Shown here: positions 1-9,664 of the stretch, piece by piece
Numbering within the stretch: position 1 is the stretch's first letter
Layout: each line of letters begins with the position of its first letter
Origin: Candidatus Levyibacteriota bacterium
Lineage (GTDB): Bacteria; Patescibacteriota; Microgenomatia; Levybacterales; UBA12049
DNA length: 64,000 bases
NCBI GenBank assembly: GCA_016182425.1
Contig: JACPGP010000014.1
Location: forward strand, 26,846-90,845
Direction of reading: 5' to 3'
Position numbers and translations under genes: made by a program
The notes under the pieces: generated by a model
The model's input: the letters and a program-made list of their open reading frames with translations, nothing else
Databases searched by the model: none
What the model was told of the DNA's origin: nothing

Positions 1-731
1 AAAAACGGGGATATTTGGTGATTGTTGTTGATGGAAAAAGTGGTAAGACATTTCAAAAAGAAATAAAAAATATAGAAAATATTATCTTTGTAAGTAGACA
101 AAATCCCAAACGTTCTCCGGCCAAGCGCCAAGCCATCAAAATTGCAGCAAAGCAAGATGGAGTAAAAGTTATTGTACTAACAGAACCAGAAAAGGTTTCT
201 TTAGTAACTGACTGCATTCCTGTTTTGGTGAAGCCAATTTTAGAAGAAAAGGCGGATATTGTTGTGCCAAAACGTAATAATGAGCTTTTTGCTTCAACGC
301 ATCCATCGTATATGTATGAGTCGGAAGTAGAAGGAAACAAGATTTACAATGAAATTTTAAGAATACACGGATTACGTTCTTCGCATGAAGATGATCTTGA
401 TATGTTTTTCGGCCCAAAGGTATTTAGAAATGATAAGAAGATTATCTCACTTTTTATAAAAAAGTATTCTCTTTCTTCACTTCAGTCATCATTCACTAAA
501 GAGTTTTTTGATGTTGAAGATTATTCAAATGTCCTTTATTTTTCTATTGTTTTGGGCCTAAAAAAGCATTTTCGAATTGAAAGTATCACTGTTCCATTTG
601 TATATCCAAAGATTCAGAAAGAAAATGAAGAAAAAGAAAAACTTGCACTCTTTCTCGAAAAAAGGAAAAGTCAGAGACTATCAATTCTAGTTGAGCTTTT
701 ACATTTTGTAAATTACCTACAAAAAGCGTAA
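1..731 (+). CDS. partial CDS (5' end outside window), possibly GT-A-like; function uncertain
   Basis: The frame is open from nt 3 to the stop at 731. The N-terminal VVDGKSGKT stretch loosely resembles a GT2 start. It lies at the head of the glycan locus. Confidence 0.35.
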   Translation, partial: KRGYLVIVVDGKSGKTFQKEIKNIENIIFVSRQNPKRSPAKRQAIKIAAKQDGVKVIVLTEPEKVSLVTDCIPVLVKPILEEKADIVVPKRNNELFASTHPSYMYESEVEGNKIYNEILRIHGLRSSHEDDLDMFFGPKVFRNDKKIISLFIKKYSLSSLQSSFTKEFFDVEDYSNVLYFSIVLGLKKHFRIESITVPFVYPKIQKENEEKEKLALFLEKRKSQRLSILVELLHFVNYLQKA

Positions 732-740
732 ATTCAGAAT

Positions 741-1274
741 ATGAGAATAGGAATAGATATATCGCAAATTGCATATGAGGGGACAGGAGTTGGAGAATAC
801 TTAAGACAGCTAGTTGAAGAACTTTTGAACCTTGATAGAGATAATGAATACGTTCTCTTTTTCTCGAGTCTTAGGAGAAAAATTCAAAATTCAAAATTCA
901 AAATTCAAAATGATAATCCAAAAGTAAAAATTACAACATTTTTGTTTCCACCTGTCTTGCTTGATCTTCTTTGGAATAGGCTGCATATTTTTCCAATTGA
1001 GTGGCTTATTGGCAATGTTGATGTGTTTATTTCCTCCGACTGGACTCAACCACCAACAAAGGCCAAAAGAGCAACTATTTTGTATGATTTGATTGTCTAT
1101 ATGTATCCAGAGGGGACTGATAAAAAAATAGTATCGGTTCAGAAAAGACGATTGAGTTGGGTAAAAAAAGAATGCGATATTGTCTTTTGTATATCTGAAA
1201 GCACAAAAAAAGACGCTAAAAAGATTTTAGGAATTGATCAAAAAAAACTACATGTAATTTATCCTGGAGTTTAA
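741..1274 (+). CDS. GT4 glycosyltransferase, N-terminal Rossmann domain only (truncated, possible pseudogene)
   Basis: MRIGIDIS...GVGEY start aligns with the full-length paralog at 10531. The ORF stops right after the YPGV interdomain motif. A complete GT4 starts 3 nt later. Confidence 0.55.
   Translation: MRIGIDISQIAYEGTGVGEYLRQLVEELLNLDRDNEYVLFFSSLRRKIQNSKFKIQNDNPKVKITTFLFPPVLLDLLWNRLHIFPIEWLIGNVDVFISSDWTQPPTKAKRATILYDLIVYMYPEGTDKKIVSVQKRRLSWVKKECDIVFCISESTKKDAKKILGIDQKKLHVIYPGV
879..911 (+). repeat. tandem heptamer AAAATTC x ~4.7, in-frame
   Basis: Direct reading gives aaaattc at 879, 886, 893 and 900, plus aaaat. It encodes KIQNSKFKIQN. Confidence 0.95.
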
Positions 1275-1276
1275 GT

Positions 1277-2389
1277 ATGCTTATTGGTATCGATGGAAAT
1301 GAGGCAAATGTGGAGAAAAGAGTGGGGATTTCGGAATACAACTTCGAACTTCTTAAGAAGTTCGAAGAATTTCATCTGCCAAATCGGCGGATCAAATTTC
1401 AAATTTACCTCAAAAATTCTCCACTGCCTCATATGCCGAAAGAGCGCGATGGGTGGAAATATCGAGTTGTTCGTCCAAAAAAACTTTGGTCGCAAATAGG
1501 ATTGCCGCTTGATTTATATCTTCATAAACCAAGACCAGATGTTTTTTTTAGTCCTACACACTATGCTCCGCGCTTTTCGCCAGTTCCAACGATAATGTCT
1601 ATTATGGACCTTTCATACTTACATTATCCTGAGATGTTCAAAAAGTCAGATCTTTTCCAGCTTCGAAATTGGACATCATACTCAATCAAAAAGGTTGCCA
1701 AGATTTTAACTATTAGCCGTGCTTCTAAAGATGATATAATCAAGGCGTATAAGGTTTTGGAAGATAAGATTGTCGTGACCTATCCGGGAATAAAGCTCAA
1801 AACAACAATGCAAAATTCAAAACTGCTTAAAGAAAAATACAAAATTGATGGAAATTATATTTTATTTGTAGGAACACTGCAGCCAAGAAAGAATATAGTT
1901 AGGTTAATTAAAGCTTTCTCTAAACTTAAAGACAGAAATGCTGTTAATTTAGTTATTGTAGGGAAAAAGGGCTGGATGTACGAAGATATTTTGCGTTCCC
2001 CGAGGCAGTTTAACGTTGAAGATCGTGTGAAATTTCTGGAGTTTGTTTCGGATGAAGATTTATCATTTTTTTATAAAAATGCTCTATTTTTTGTCCTTCC
2101 GAGTTTATACGAAGGGTTTGGACTACCAGTTTTAGAAGCAATGAATTATGGGTGTCCTGTGATAACAAGTAATATCTCAAGCCTGCCGGAAGCAGGCGGA
2201 GATGCGGCGCTTTATGTTGATCCAAAAAATGTCGATGATATAGCCGAAAAAATAGAGTTGTTACTTAACGATGAAAAACTGCGAAAGCAAATGATTGATA
2301 AAGGATATAAACAAGTAAAAAAATTCTCATGGGAGAAAACTGCCAAAGAAACTTTAAAAGTGCTTGAGGAGGTAACAAATGCTAAATAA
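1277..2389 (+). CDS. GT4 (GT-B) glycosyltransferase
   Basis: C-terminal EX7E region LPSLYEGFGLPVLEAMNYGCPVITS. Paralog of the gene at 10531. Confidence 0.8.
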   Translation: MLIGIDGNEANVEKRVGISEYNFELLKKFEEFHLPNRRIKFQIYLKNSPLPHMPKERDGWKYRVVRPKKLWSQIGLPLDLYLHKPRPDVFFSPTHYAPRFSPVPTIMSIMDLSYLHYPEMFKKSDLFQLRNWTSYSIKKVAKILTISRASKDDIIKAYKVLEDKIVVTYPGIKLKTTMQNSKLLKEKYKIDGNYILFVGTLQPRKNIVRLIKAFSKLKDRNAVNLVIVGKKGWMYEDILRSPRQFNVEDRVKFLEFVSDEDLSFFYKNALFFVLPSLYEGFGLPVLEAMNYGCPVITSNISSLPEAGGDAALYVDPKNVDDIAEKIELLLNDEKLRKQMIDKGYKQVKKFSWEKTAKETLKVLEEVTNAK

Positions 2390-2933
2390 AATTATAAGGA
2401 GAACTAATGCTGTTTTTTTAGAATTTGAGGTTTTAATTCTTCATTGTGTTGGATATATCCCATCTCATCACATTAGACGTTTTTTTTATCGTCTGGCAGG
2501 AGTAAAAATTGGTAAAGGTTCTACAGTTCACACTGGCGCACGATTCTATAACCCAAAGAACATAAGTATCGGAAACGATTCTATTATTGGAGAGGGGGCA
2601 GTTTTAGATGGGAGAGCAAGACTTGCTATTGGCGATCATGTGGATATTGCAACTGATGTAATGATCTATAACTGCGAGCATGATGTAAATAGTTCCGATT
2701 TTGCTCCAGTTTGTGGCCATGTTATTATTGAGGACTATGTATTTATTGGTCCGCGAGTAATTATTTTACCTGGGGTAGTAATTGGTAAAGGAGCTGTTGT
2801 TGCAGCAGGTGCAGTGGTCACAAAAAATGTTGACGCATTCACAATTGTTGGGGGTGTGCCTGCAAAAGTTATCGGAGAAAGAAAAGTAAAAGATTTACAT
2901 TACAAACTTGGACGAGCTGCCTGGTTTCGATAG
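2379..2933 (+). CDS. left-handed beta-helix (hexapeptide) O-acetyltransferase, WcaF-like
   Basis: Hexapeptide repeats: IGKGSTV, IGNDSIIGEGAVL, IGPRVIILPGVVIGKGAVVAAGAVV. Confidence 0.75.
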   Translation: MLNKIIRRTNAVFLEFEVLILHCVGYIPSHHIRRFFYRLAGVKIGKGSTVHTGARFYNPKNISIGNDSIIGEGAVLDGRARLAIGDHVDIATDVMIYNCEHDVNSSDFAPVCGHVIIEDYVFIGPRVIILPGVVIGKGAVVAAGAVVTKNVDAFTIVGGVPAKVIGERKVKDLHYKLGRAAWFR

Positions 2934-2940
2934 GTGAGAT

Positions 2941-3822
2941 ATGGTTGTATTATCAGTCATTATTCTAAATTATAATACTAAAGATTTAACAAAACAATGT
3001 CTAACATCGCTAGAAAATCATTATCGGGAAGAATTAAGAAAAGGAGTATTTGAAATTATTGTTGTTGATAATGCATCGACCGATACTTCGGCATCGGTAA
3101 TCTCAAATCTCAAATCTCAAATCTCAAATCTTACATTGATCAAAAATAAAGAAAATGTTGGATTTTCAAAAGGAAATAATATAGGAGCAAAAAATGCAAA
3201 AGGGAGATATTTATTGTTTTTAAATTCCGATACCGAAGTAGGAGATAATGGCTTACTTAGTGCGGTTTCATATGTAGAAGAACATAAAGATATTGGTGTT
3301 TTGGGCGCCAAATTACGTAACGCGGATGGTTTTGATCAGGCTTCTACCGGAAAATTTTATACCATAGGGAACGTTTTTTTAATGCTTTTTTTGGGTGAGC
3401 GATTCGGTTTATTACGCACCAGTCCAAAAACAATATCTGAAGTAGACTGGGTGAGTGGGGCGGCGCTATTGATAAGAAAAAAATTGTTTGATCAGCTTGG
3501 TGGGTTTGATGATCATTTTTTTATGTATATGGAAGATATGGAGCTTTGCTATCGCGTCAAAAAAATTAGCTATCAGGTTGTTTTTTATCCATACACAGTT
3601 ATTTATCATAAGGAGCTAGGCAGCTCGAATAGGGGTTTTGCAATTGCACATATTTATAAAGGACTTCTTTACTTTTACAAGAAACATATGAATTATATTC
3701 AGTATGTAATAGTTAAGATGTTGCTTATTACAAAAGCCTATGTCGCTATTGCTATTGGCATCTTTACTAATAATACATATTTAAGATCAACGTATAGACA
3801 AGCTCTGGCTTTTTCGCTATGA
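2941..3822 (+). CDS. GT2 glycosyltransferase
   Basis: SVIILNYNT...VVDNASTD...GFSKGNNIG...FLNSD...MEDMELCYR. Confidence 0.8.
   Translation: MVVLSVIILNYNTKDLTKQCLTSLENHYREELRKGVFEIIVVDNASTDTSASVISNLKSQISNLTLIKNKENVGFSKGNNIGAKNAKGRYLLFLNSDTEVGDNGLLSAVSYVEEHKDIGVLGAKLRNADGFDQASTGKFYTIGNVFLMLFLGERFGLLRTSPKTISEVDWVSGAALLIRKKLFDQLGGFDDHFFMYMEDMELCYRVKKISYQVVFYPYTVIYHKELGSSNRGFAIAHIYKGLLYFYKKHMNYIQYVIVKMLLITKAYVAIAIGIFTNNTYLRSTYRQALAFSL
3099..3131 (+). repeat. tandem heptamer AATCTCA x ~4.7, in-frame
   Basis: Direct reading gives aatctca at 3099, 3106, 3113 and 3120, plus aatct. It encodes ISNLKSQISNL. Confidence 0.95.
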
Positions 3823-6800
3823 AAATATTCCGTTTTGTTACCGATAATATCTTGTTTATTCTGACGCTTTTTCTGCTAACGTTTATTCCGTTATATCCTA
3901 AATTGCCCCTCTTAGATGTCAGAAACACATGGGTTTATATTCGAGCAGAAGATTTCGTCGTTGTTTTTGTTCTTTTAGTTTGGTTGCTGCTTCTTATTAG
4001 AAAAAAAATAACATTAAGAACCCCTTTGACATTTCCTATTATTCTTTTTTGGATTATCGGGGCAATTGCCACTATTCATGGTGTACTTTTAATATTTCCA
4101 GTCATAGCAGGGTCTGGTGTCCATACAAATGTAGCATTCTTAAGTTTTTTGCGCAGAATTGAGTATGTAAGTTTATTCTTTGTTGCTTATTCCGGGATAA
4201 AAGATAAACGATCGATTCCTTATGTTGTCGCGGTGATGACGGGGACTCTTATTTTGATTATCGCATATGGCTTTGGGCAAAAATTTTATGGATTCCCCGC
4301 CTATTTGACAATGAATGAAGAATTCGCGAAGGGAATACCCATACGGCTTTCTGAGTTGTCGCGGGTTCCCTCCACTTTTGCCGGCCATTACGATCTGGCC
4401 GCGTATTTGGTTTTGGTGATTCCTATCTTAACAAGCATGATATTCGGATTTAAAAACTGGTTTGTAAAGTTACCTCTTTTGGTAACAATTTCTTTTGGGT
4501 TTGTTCTTCTTTTTATGACGGTATCTCGAGTGTCGTTTTTTGTTCTTTTAATTTCTATGATTTTGGTATTTCTTTTTCAAAAAAAGAGATTGATTATTCT
4601 TTTTCTTTTTATGATAGCCTTCGTATTTTTAAGTTTTTCTTCAAGTCTTCTGCAGCGTTTTGGAGATACGGTTAAAGAGGTTGATGTATTGGTTGACGCA
4701 CAGACAGGAGAGGCAATTGGACATGTAAAAGATATTGAGGCTTCCTATTTTAAGGATAAAATCATTAAAAGAAAATTCGCTCAGACCAAAGACGAAATTA
4801 TCAGGCCGATAGAAGATGAAAAACAGGCTACTTCTTCTGCAAAGGTTCTTTTTACGCAGCTTCCACCGAAAGTGGCGCTTGTTGTCGAATCGAATGCTCC
4901 CACCGGAGAAAATCTGCCACAAGGTACCAGCTATATAAATCTGCCGCTTTCGCCTGTCACCAAAAAATTGGGACAGTTTTTTTACCAAAAATCAAAAGAT
5001 GACAAAACAGCGGAATCTTCTGAAATATTTAGTATTCACGGAGATTTTTTGGTAAAAAAGGCAGTAGCCTATGATCTTTCGTTTACCACCAGATTTCAGG
5101 GGGAATGGCCGCAGGCAATAGATGCGTTTAAGAGAAACATTTTATTTGGAAGCGGATACTCATCGGTTGGACTTGCTGTTGATAACAACTATCTGCGTAT
5201 TTTGGGAGAAGTAGGATTGTTGGGTTTTTCTTCTTTTTTGGCGATATTTTTATTTGCTGGAATTTACATAAAGAAAGTATTACCCGAGGTTGATTCTTTG
5301 GTGGTTAAAAGTTTTATTTTGGGCATGGCTGCAGGTGTCGTTGGTTTAGCCCTAAACGCAGTATTTATTGATGTTTTTGAGGCGTCGAAAATTGCTTTTT
5401 TCCTCTGGCTTTTGCTGGGAGTTACTATTGGAGTACTACATTTGTACCAAAAGAGCGATTTAGATTTTTATAGAGAGTGTAAAAAAGTGACAACCTCTTC
5501 CTCTGCAATTGCTATCTACTTATTTATTATTACAGTTGTAGTATTTTTACCTATTTCTAATTATTTTTTTGTTGGTGATGATTTTACTTGGTTTCGATGG
5601 ATTGCCGATTGCAATATCGGAAATTCCAATGTGCAAGAATGTCCATCAATAACGACCAGAATTATTAGCTATTTCACAGACGCGAATGGGTTTTTTTATC
5701 GGCCGGGAACAAAAGTGTATTTTTTACTGATGTACTCGGGTTTTTGGCTTAATCAAACGTTATATCATATGGTTTCTGTTTTTCTCCATTTTATTGTAGC
5801 AATGCTTCTTTTTTTGATTGCCAAGAAGGTTTTGAGAGATTCTTTTATATCTGCTCTTTCGGCTTTTTTATTTCTTATTTTAAGCGGATATTTCGAAGCG
5901 GTTTTTTGGATTTCTTCAACTGGTTTTCTCTTTAATGCGGTGTTTGCGCTTCTTAGTTTGCTTTTCTTTATTTTGTGGAAAGAAAAAAATAAAATTGTTT
6001 ATTTTATTTTTTGTTTATTCTCTATCATTTTCAGTCTTTTGTTTCATGAGCTGGGAGTAATCACTCCTCTTTTTATCATCCTTTATGAATATGTAACCGA
6101 AGAAAAGTTTATATTCAGGATAGCTTTTAGAGGTGTTTACTACCTAATATTATTTTTCCCTATCCTTCCATATCTGGCTTTACGCTTTTTTGCCCAGAGT
6201 CATTGGTTTAGCGGTGATTACAGTTATAATTTATTAAAGCTTCCTTACAATATTGTTGGTAATGCCATTGGGTATATTATGCTTGCTTTTTTTGGCCCCG
6301 CCTCTTTTCCCATTTATCAGTCGTTGCGGAGTTTTTCTAGAGAGCATATAGTATTTAGCGGAGTTGTTTCCTTGATAATGCTTTATCTAGCCGTTAAGGC
6401 ATATAGAATAATCATTTGGAAAATGACTAAAGATGAGCAAAAAATTGTTATTTTCGGTTCTTTGTTTTTCTTGATAGCGCTTCTGCCATTTTTAGGCTTG
6501 GGAAATATCACTTCTCGATATAGTTATTTATCGTCTATAGGATTTGTGATTCTTTTTTCATTTTTTCTTAAAAAATTATATTTTTATTTACGAAGCAACG
6601 GTCAATACATTGCGCTTTTGAGTGTTATAATGATAGGAAGCATATTTTTTCTTATCCATGTCATTCAGCTGCAAAAAATTCATGAAGATTGGCATGGAGC
6701 AGGTGAGAAAGCGAAGAGATTTTTTATATCAATGGACAGAGTATACATTAATGAGTGGACAAAGGAACATTTACAGTTTTATTTTGTTAATGTGCCAATT

Positions 6801-7001
6801 CGGTACGCAGATGCGTGGGTATTTCCGGTTGGTTTAAACGATGCCTTATGGTTTGTCTTTAGGAATCAATACATTCGTGTCTATCAAATCGATTCGGTTA
6901 ACCAGGCGATTACTGCCATAGAAGATCCCAAAACCCAAAAAGTGTTTGAATTTGACGATAGCGGAAAAGTTGTGGAAAGAAGGATTGCGACATTTCAATG
7001 A
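3819..7001 (+). CDS. polytopic membrane protein: O-antigen ligase/polymerase-like (Wzy_C) N-half fused to GT-C (PMT_2-like) C-half
   Basis: The N-half has TVSRVSFF and GSGYSSVGLAVDNNYLRILGEVGLLGF (Wzy_C-like). The C-half has FFYRPGTKVYF...LYHMVSVFLHFIVAML, typical of PMT_2/GT-C. There are many TM segments. Confidence 0.6.
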   Translation: MKIFRFVTDNILFILTLFLLTFIPLYPKLPLLDVRNTWVYIRAEDFVVVFVLLVWLLLLIRKKITLRTPLTFPIILFWIIGAIATIHGVLLIFPVIAGSGVHTNVAFLSFLRRIEYVSLFFVAYSGIKDKRSIPYVVAVMTGTLILIIAYGFGQKFYGFPAYLTMNEEFAKGIPIRLSELSRVPSTFAGHYDLAAYLVLVIPILTSMIFGFKNWFVKLPLLVTISFGFVLLFMTVSRVSFFVLLISMILVFLFQKKRLIILFLFMIAFVFLSFSSSLLQRFGDTVKEVDVLVDAQTGEAIGHVKDIEASYFKDKIIKRKFAQTKDEIIRPIEDEKQATSSAKVLFTQLPPKVALVVESNAPTGENLPQGTSYINLPLSPVTKKLGQFFYQKSKDDKTAESSEIFSIHGDFLVKKAVAYDLSFTTRFQGEWPQAIDAFKRNILFGSGYSSVGLAVDNNYLRILGEVGLLGFSSFLAIFLFAGIYIKKVLPEVDSLVVKSFILGMAAGVVGLALNAVFIDVFEASKIAFFLWLLLGVTIGVLHLYQKSDLDFYRECKKVTTSSSAIAIYLFIITVVVFLPISNYFFVGDDFTWFRWIADCNIGNSNVQECPSITTRIISYFTDANGFFYRPGTKVYFLLMYSGFWLNQTLYHMVSVFLHFIVAMLLFLIAKKVLRDSFISALSAFLFLILSGYFEAVFWISSTGFLFNAVFALLSLLFFILWKEKNKIVYFIFCLFSIIFSLLFHELGVITPLFIILYEYVTEEKFIFRIAFRGVYYLILFFPILPYLALRFFAQSHWFSGDYSYNLLKLPYNIVGNAIGYIMLAFFGPASFPIYQSLRSFSREHIVFSGVVSLIMLYLAVKAYRIIIWKMTKDEQKIVIFGSLFFLIALLPFLGLGNITSRYSYLSSIGFVILFSFFLKKLYFYLRSNGQYIALLSVIMIGSIFFLIHVIQLQKIHEDWHGAGEKAKRFFISMDRVYINEWTKEHLQFYFVNVPIRYADAWVFPVGLNDALWFVFRNQYIRVYQIDSVNQAITAIEDPKTQKVFEFDDSGKVVERRIATFQ

Positions 7002-8473
7002 AAAAGAGAGAGTTTTTTTTGTTAACGCTGGTTATTTTGGGCGCGTTTGCTGTTAGATTATATCGGTTTAACGGCCCGGTTGCAGATTGGCATTCATGGA
7101 GACAATCCGATACTGCTGCGGTTTCTCGGAATTTTTTAAAATTTGGTTTTGATGTGTTGCATCCCAGATTTGATGACTTATCAAATGGCGTTTCTCTTTT
7201 AGATAATCCACAAGGGTACAGATTTGTCGAGTTTCCATTCTATAATGTTTTGCAGGCGGGGTTATTTCGTCTTTTTGATCGTTTTACAATCGAGCAGTGG
7301 GGACGGCTGGTCACAAACATTTCGGCAGTTATTGGCATTATTTTTCTTTATTTGCTGGTTAGACTGCATGTTTCCTGGCAAGCAGCGATATTTGCGGCGC
7401 TTTTCTATGCAGTTGTTCCTTATAATGTTTACTATGGAAGAGTGATCTTACCGGATCAGTTGATGACAAGCATGATGCTTGGCTCCATATATTTTTTTGA
7501 CGTCTGGATAGAAAAAAAATATAAATTACTCCTTACACTTTCGGCTGTTTTTTTTGCCACAGCTCTTTTAATAAAACCATACGTTTTATTTTTTGGACTG
7601 TCTATTTTTTACCTGATATACAGGAAATATGGACTAGATTTTGTAAAGAAAAAAGAACTGTGGTTTTTTCTTATATTATCTTTTCTCCCCTTTTTTTTAT
7701 GGAGATGGTGGATGCAGCATTACCCGGAGGGCATACCCCGTAACGATTGGTTATATAACGGAAACGAGATTCGATTTAAGATTGCATTTTTCTGGTGGAT
7801 TTTTGCCGAAAGAATTGCCAAAATTATGCTTGGATACTGGGGTTTGCCAATTGTTATTTTGGGAATCTTGGGTAAAGTAAAAGAGAAAGAAGGATTCTTT
7901 TTTTTAACATTTATCATCTCGTCCCTGGCATATTTGACAGTGTTTGCTACTGGAAATGTGCAACATGAGTATTATCAAATACTTATTGTTCCCACGCTGG
8001 CAATATTTTTTGGAAAAGGTGTTGACGTTTTTTTATCTCTGTCTCAAAAAGAATTTAGCCGTACTATTGGAATAGCTGCGCTGGGCGGGTGTTTTGGTTT
8101 TATGCTTATTTTTAGTTGGCGGGAGATTAGAGCATATTATAATATCAATCACCCGGAAATTATTGAAGCTGGCCGTGCCATAGATAAGCTTACTCCAAAA
8201 GACGCAAAGATTATCGCTATTTATAATGGTGATACAACGTTTCTCTACCATACCAATCGTCAAGGTTGGCCAGTATGGGAAAGACCGCTCTATGAATTTA
8301 TAAAGGCCGGGGCAGGCTACATTACGTTTGTGAATCCTACAAAAGATGAATTAGGTTTTGGAAAACATTACACTACTCTTGCCAGAACTGAAAAGTATGT
8401 TATATTTGATTTAACAAGGCCTCTCTATTTTCCGCCACTGCACGAAGTTGAAGCGTCACAATCGGCAAAATAA
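6998..8473 (+). CDS. GT-C family membrane glycosyltransferase (ArnT/PMT-like)
   Basis: About 10+ TM helices, with the first-loop motif WHSWRQSDTAAVSRNF. Confidence 0.6.
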   Translation: MKKREFFLLTLVILGAFAVRLYRFNGPVADWHSWRQSDTAAVSRNFLKFGFDVLHPRFDDLSNGVSLLDNPQGYRFVEFPFYNVLQAGLFRLFDRFTIEQWGRLVTNISAVIGIIFLYLLVRLHVSWQAAIFAALFYAVVPYNVYYGRVILPDQLMTSMMLGSIYFFDVWIEKKYKLLLTLSAVFFATALLIKPYVLFFGLSIFYLIYRKYGLDFVKKKELWFFLILSFLPFFLWRWWMQHYPEGIPRNDWLYNGNEIRFKIAFFWWIFAERIAKIMLGYWGLPIVILGILGKVKEKEGFFFLTFIISSLAYLTVFATGNVQHEYYQILIVPTLAIFFGKGVDVFLSLSQKEFSRTIGIAALGGCFGFMLIFSWREIRAYYNINHPEIIEAGRAIDKLTPKDAKIIAIYNGDTTFLYHTNRQGWPVWERPLYEFIKAGAGYITFVNPTKDELGFGKHYTTLARTEKYVIFDLTRPLYFPPLHEVEASQSAK

Positions 8474-8476
8474 TGT

Positions 8477-9664
8477 ATGAAAATACTTATTGTTTCCTCT
8501 TTTCTTCCATATCCTCTTTTTTCTGGTGGACATGTCAGGCTTTTTAATCTTATTAAGGAGTTAGCGACAAAACATGAATTGACTATTGTTTGTGAAAAGA
8601 GATCACACCAAACAGATGCAGATATTATGGCAGTTAAGAGGTACTGCCAAACGCTCATTACCGTTGAGAGAAAGAAGCAGTGGTCGTTTCCCAATGTTTT
8701 TAGGACTGGTTTTTCTCCATTTCCATTTCTTCTGGTTGGACACACGAATGATGAAATGAGGCGAGCTATTATTAGACTTATTAATGAAAAATCATTTGAT
8801 CTTATTCATGTGGAAACGTTTTATGTCATGCAGAATATTCCAGACACCCCTCTCCCTGTTGTCTTAGTAGAACACAACATTGAGTATCTAGTATATAAAC
8901 GATATACAAAGATGGCTCCTTTTTTGTTTAGGCCCTTATTATATTTTGATGTTGCGAAACTTAAATATTGGGAAGAGATTTATTGGAGCAAGGCGACAAA
9001 ATTAGTAGCAGTATCGGAGGAAGAAAAAAAATTAATGAATAGAGAAGATGTGGAAGTCGTGTCAAATGGTGTAGATATACAAAAATTCAGAATTCAGAAT
9101 TCAGAATTCAGAATTAATAAAAAGGAGAAAAGAATATTATTCATTGGGGATTTTAAATGGTTACAGAATCGGGATGCTGTAGGGTGGATACTAAACGAAA
9201 TTTGGCCGGAAATAAAATCAAAAATAGAAGCGAAACTGTGGATTGTGGGGAAGGATATTCCTGATTCAATTAAAAAATTGTCGAGTGACCAAAATGTTAT
9301 TTTTGATGAAAATGCGCCAAAAGAGACTGCTGAAATTTTTGCCAAGGCAGATGTGCTTCTGGCCCCGATTAGAGTTGGGGGCGGAACGAGTTATAAAATA
9401 TTAGAAGCAATGGCAAGCGGTGTTCCTGTTATTACAACACCATTGGGTAGAGAGGGGATTGATGCAAAGGACAGGCAAGAAATTTTGCTGGCAGAGGATA
9501 CAGATGAATTTGTTAAAAATATTGTCGATATTTTTGATAATGAAAAACTCTATAAAAAAATCGCGCATAATTCCAGAAAACTAATTGAGGAAAAATATGA
9601 TTGGAAAATAATTGTAAAAAAACTTGAAGATGTTTATCGAGATGCAATTACTACGTATGATTAA
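8477..9664 (+). CDS. GT4 glycosyltransferase
   Basis: FLPYPLFSGGHVR N-terminus, NGVD linker, and GGGTSYKILEAMASGVPVITT in the C-domain. Confidence 0.8.
   Translation: MKILIVSSFLPYPLFSGGHVRLFNLIKELATKHELTIVCEKRSHQTDADIMAVKRYCQTLITVERKKQWSFPNVFRTGFSPFPFLLVGHTNDEMRRAIIRLINEKSFDLIHVETFYVMQNIPDTPLPVVLVEHNIEYLVYKRYTKMAPFLFRPLLYFDVAKLKYWEEIYWSKATKLVAVSEEEKKLMNREDVEVVSNGVDIQKFRIQNSEFRINKKEKRILFIGDFKWLQNRDAVGWILNEIWPEIKSKIEAKLWIVGKDIPDSIKKLSSDQNVIFDENAPKETAEIFAKADVLLAPIRVGGGTSYKILEAMASGVPVITTPLGREGIDAKDRQEILLAEDTDEFVKNIVDIFDNEKLYKKIAHNSRKLIEEKYDWKIIVKKLEDVYRDAITTYD
9084..9115 (+). repeat. tandem heptamer AATTCAG x ~4.6, in-frame
   Basis: Direct reading gives aattcag at 9084, 9091, 9098 and 9105, plus aatt. 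It encodes FRIQNSEFRI. Confidence 0.95.

Noticed and set aside
8432-8443. ccgccactgcac near the 3' end of the GT-C gene resembles the 5' flank CCGCCTGCACT of the tRNA insertion
   Set aside because: The match is short and gapped with no partner arm. It cannot be distinguished from chance by eye.
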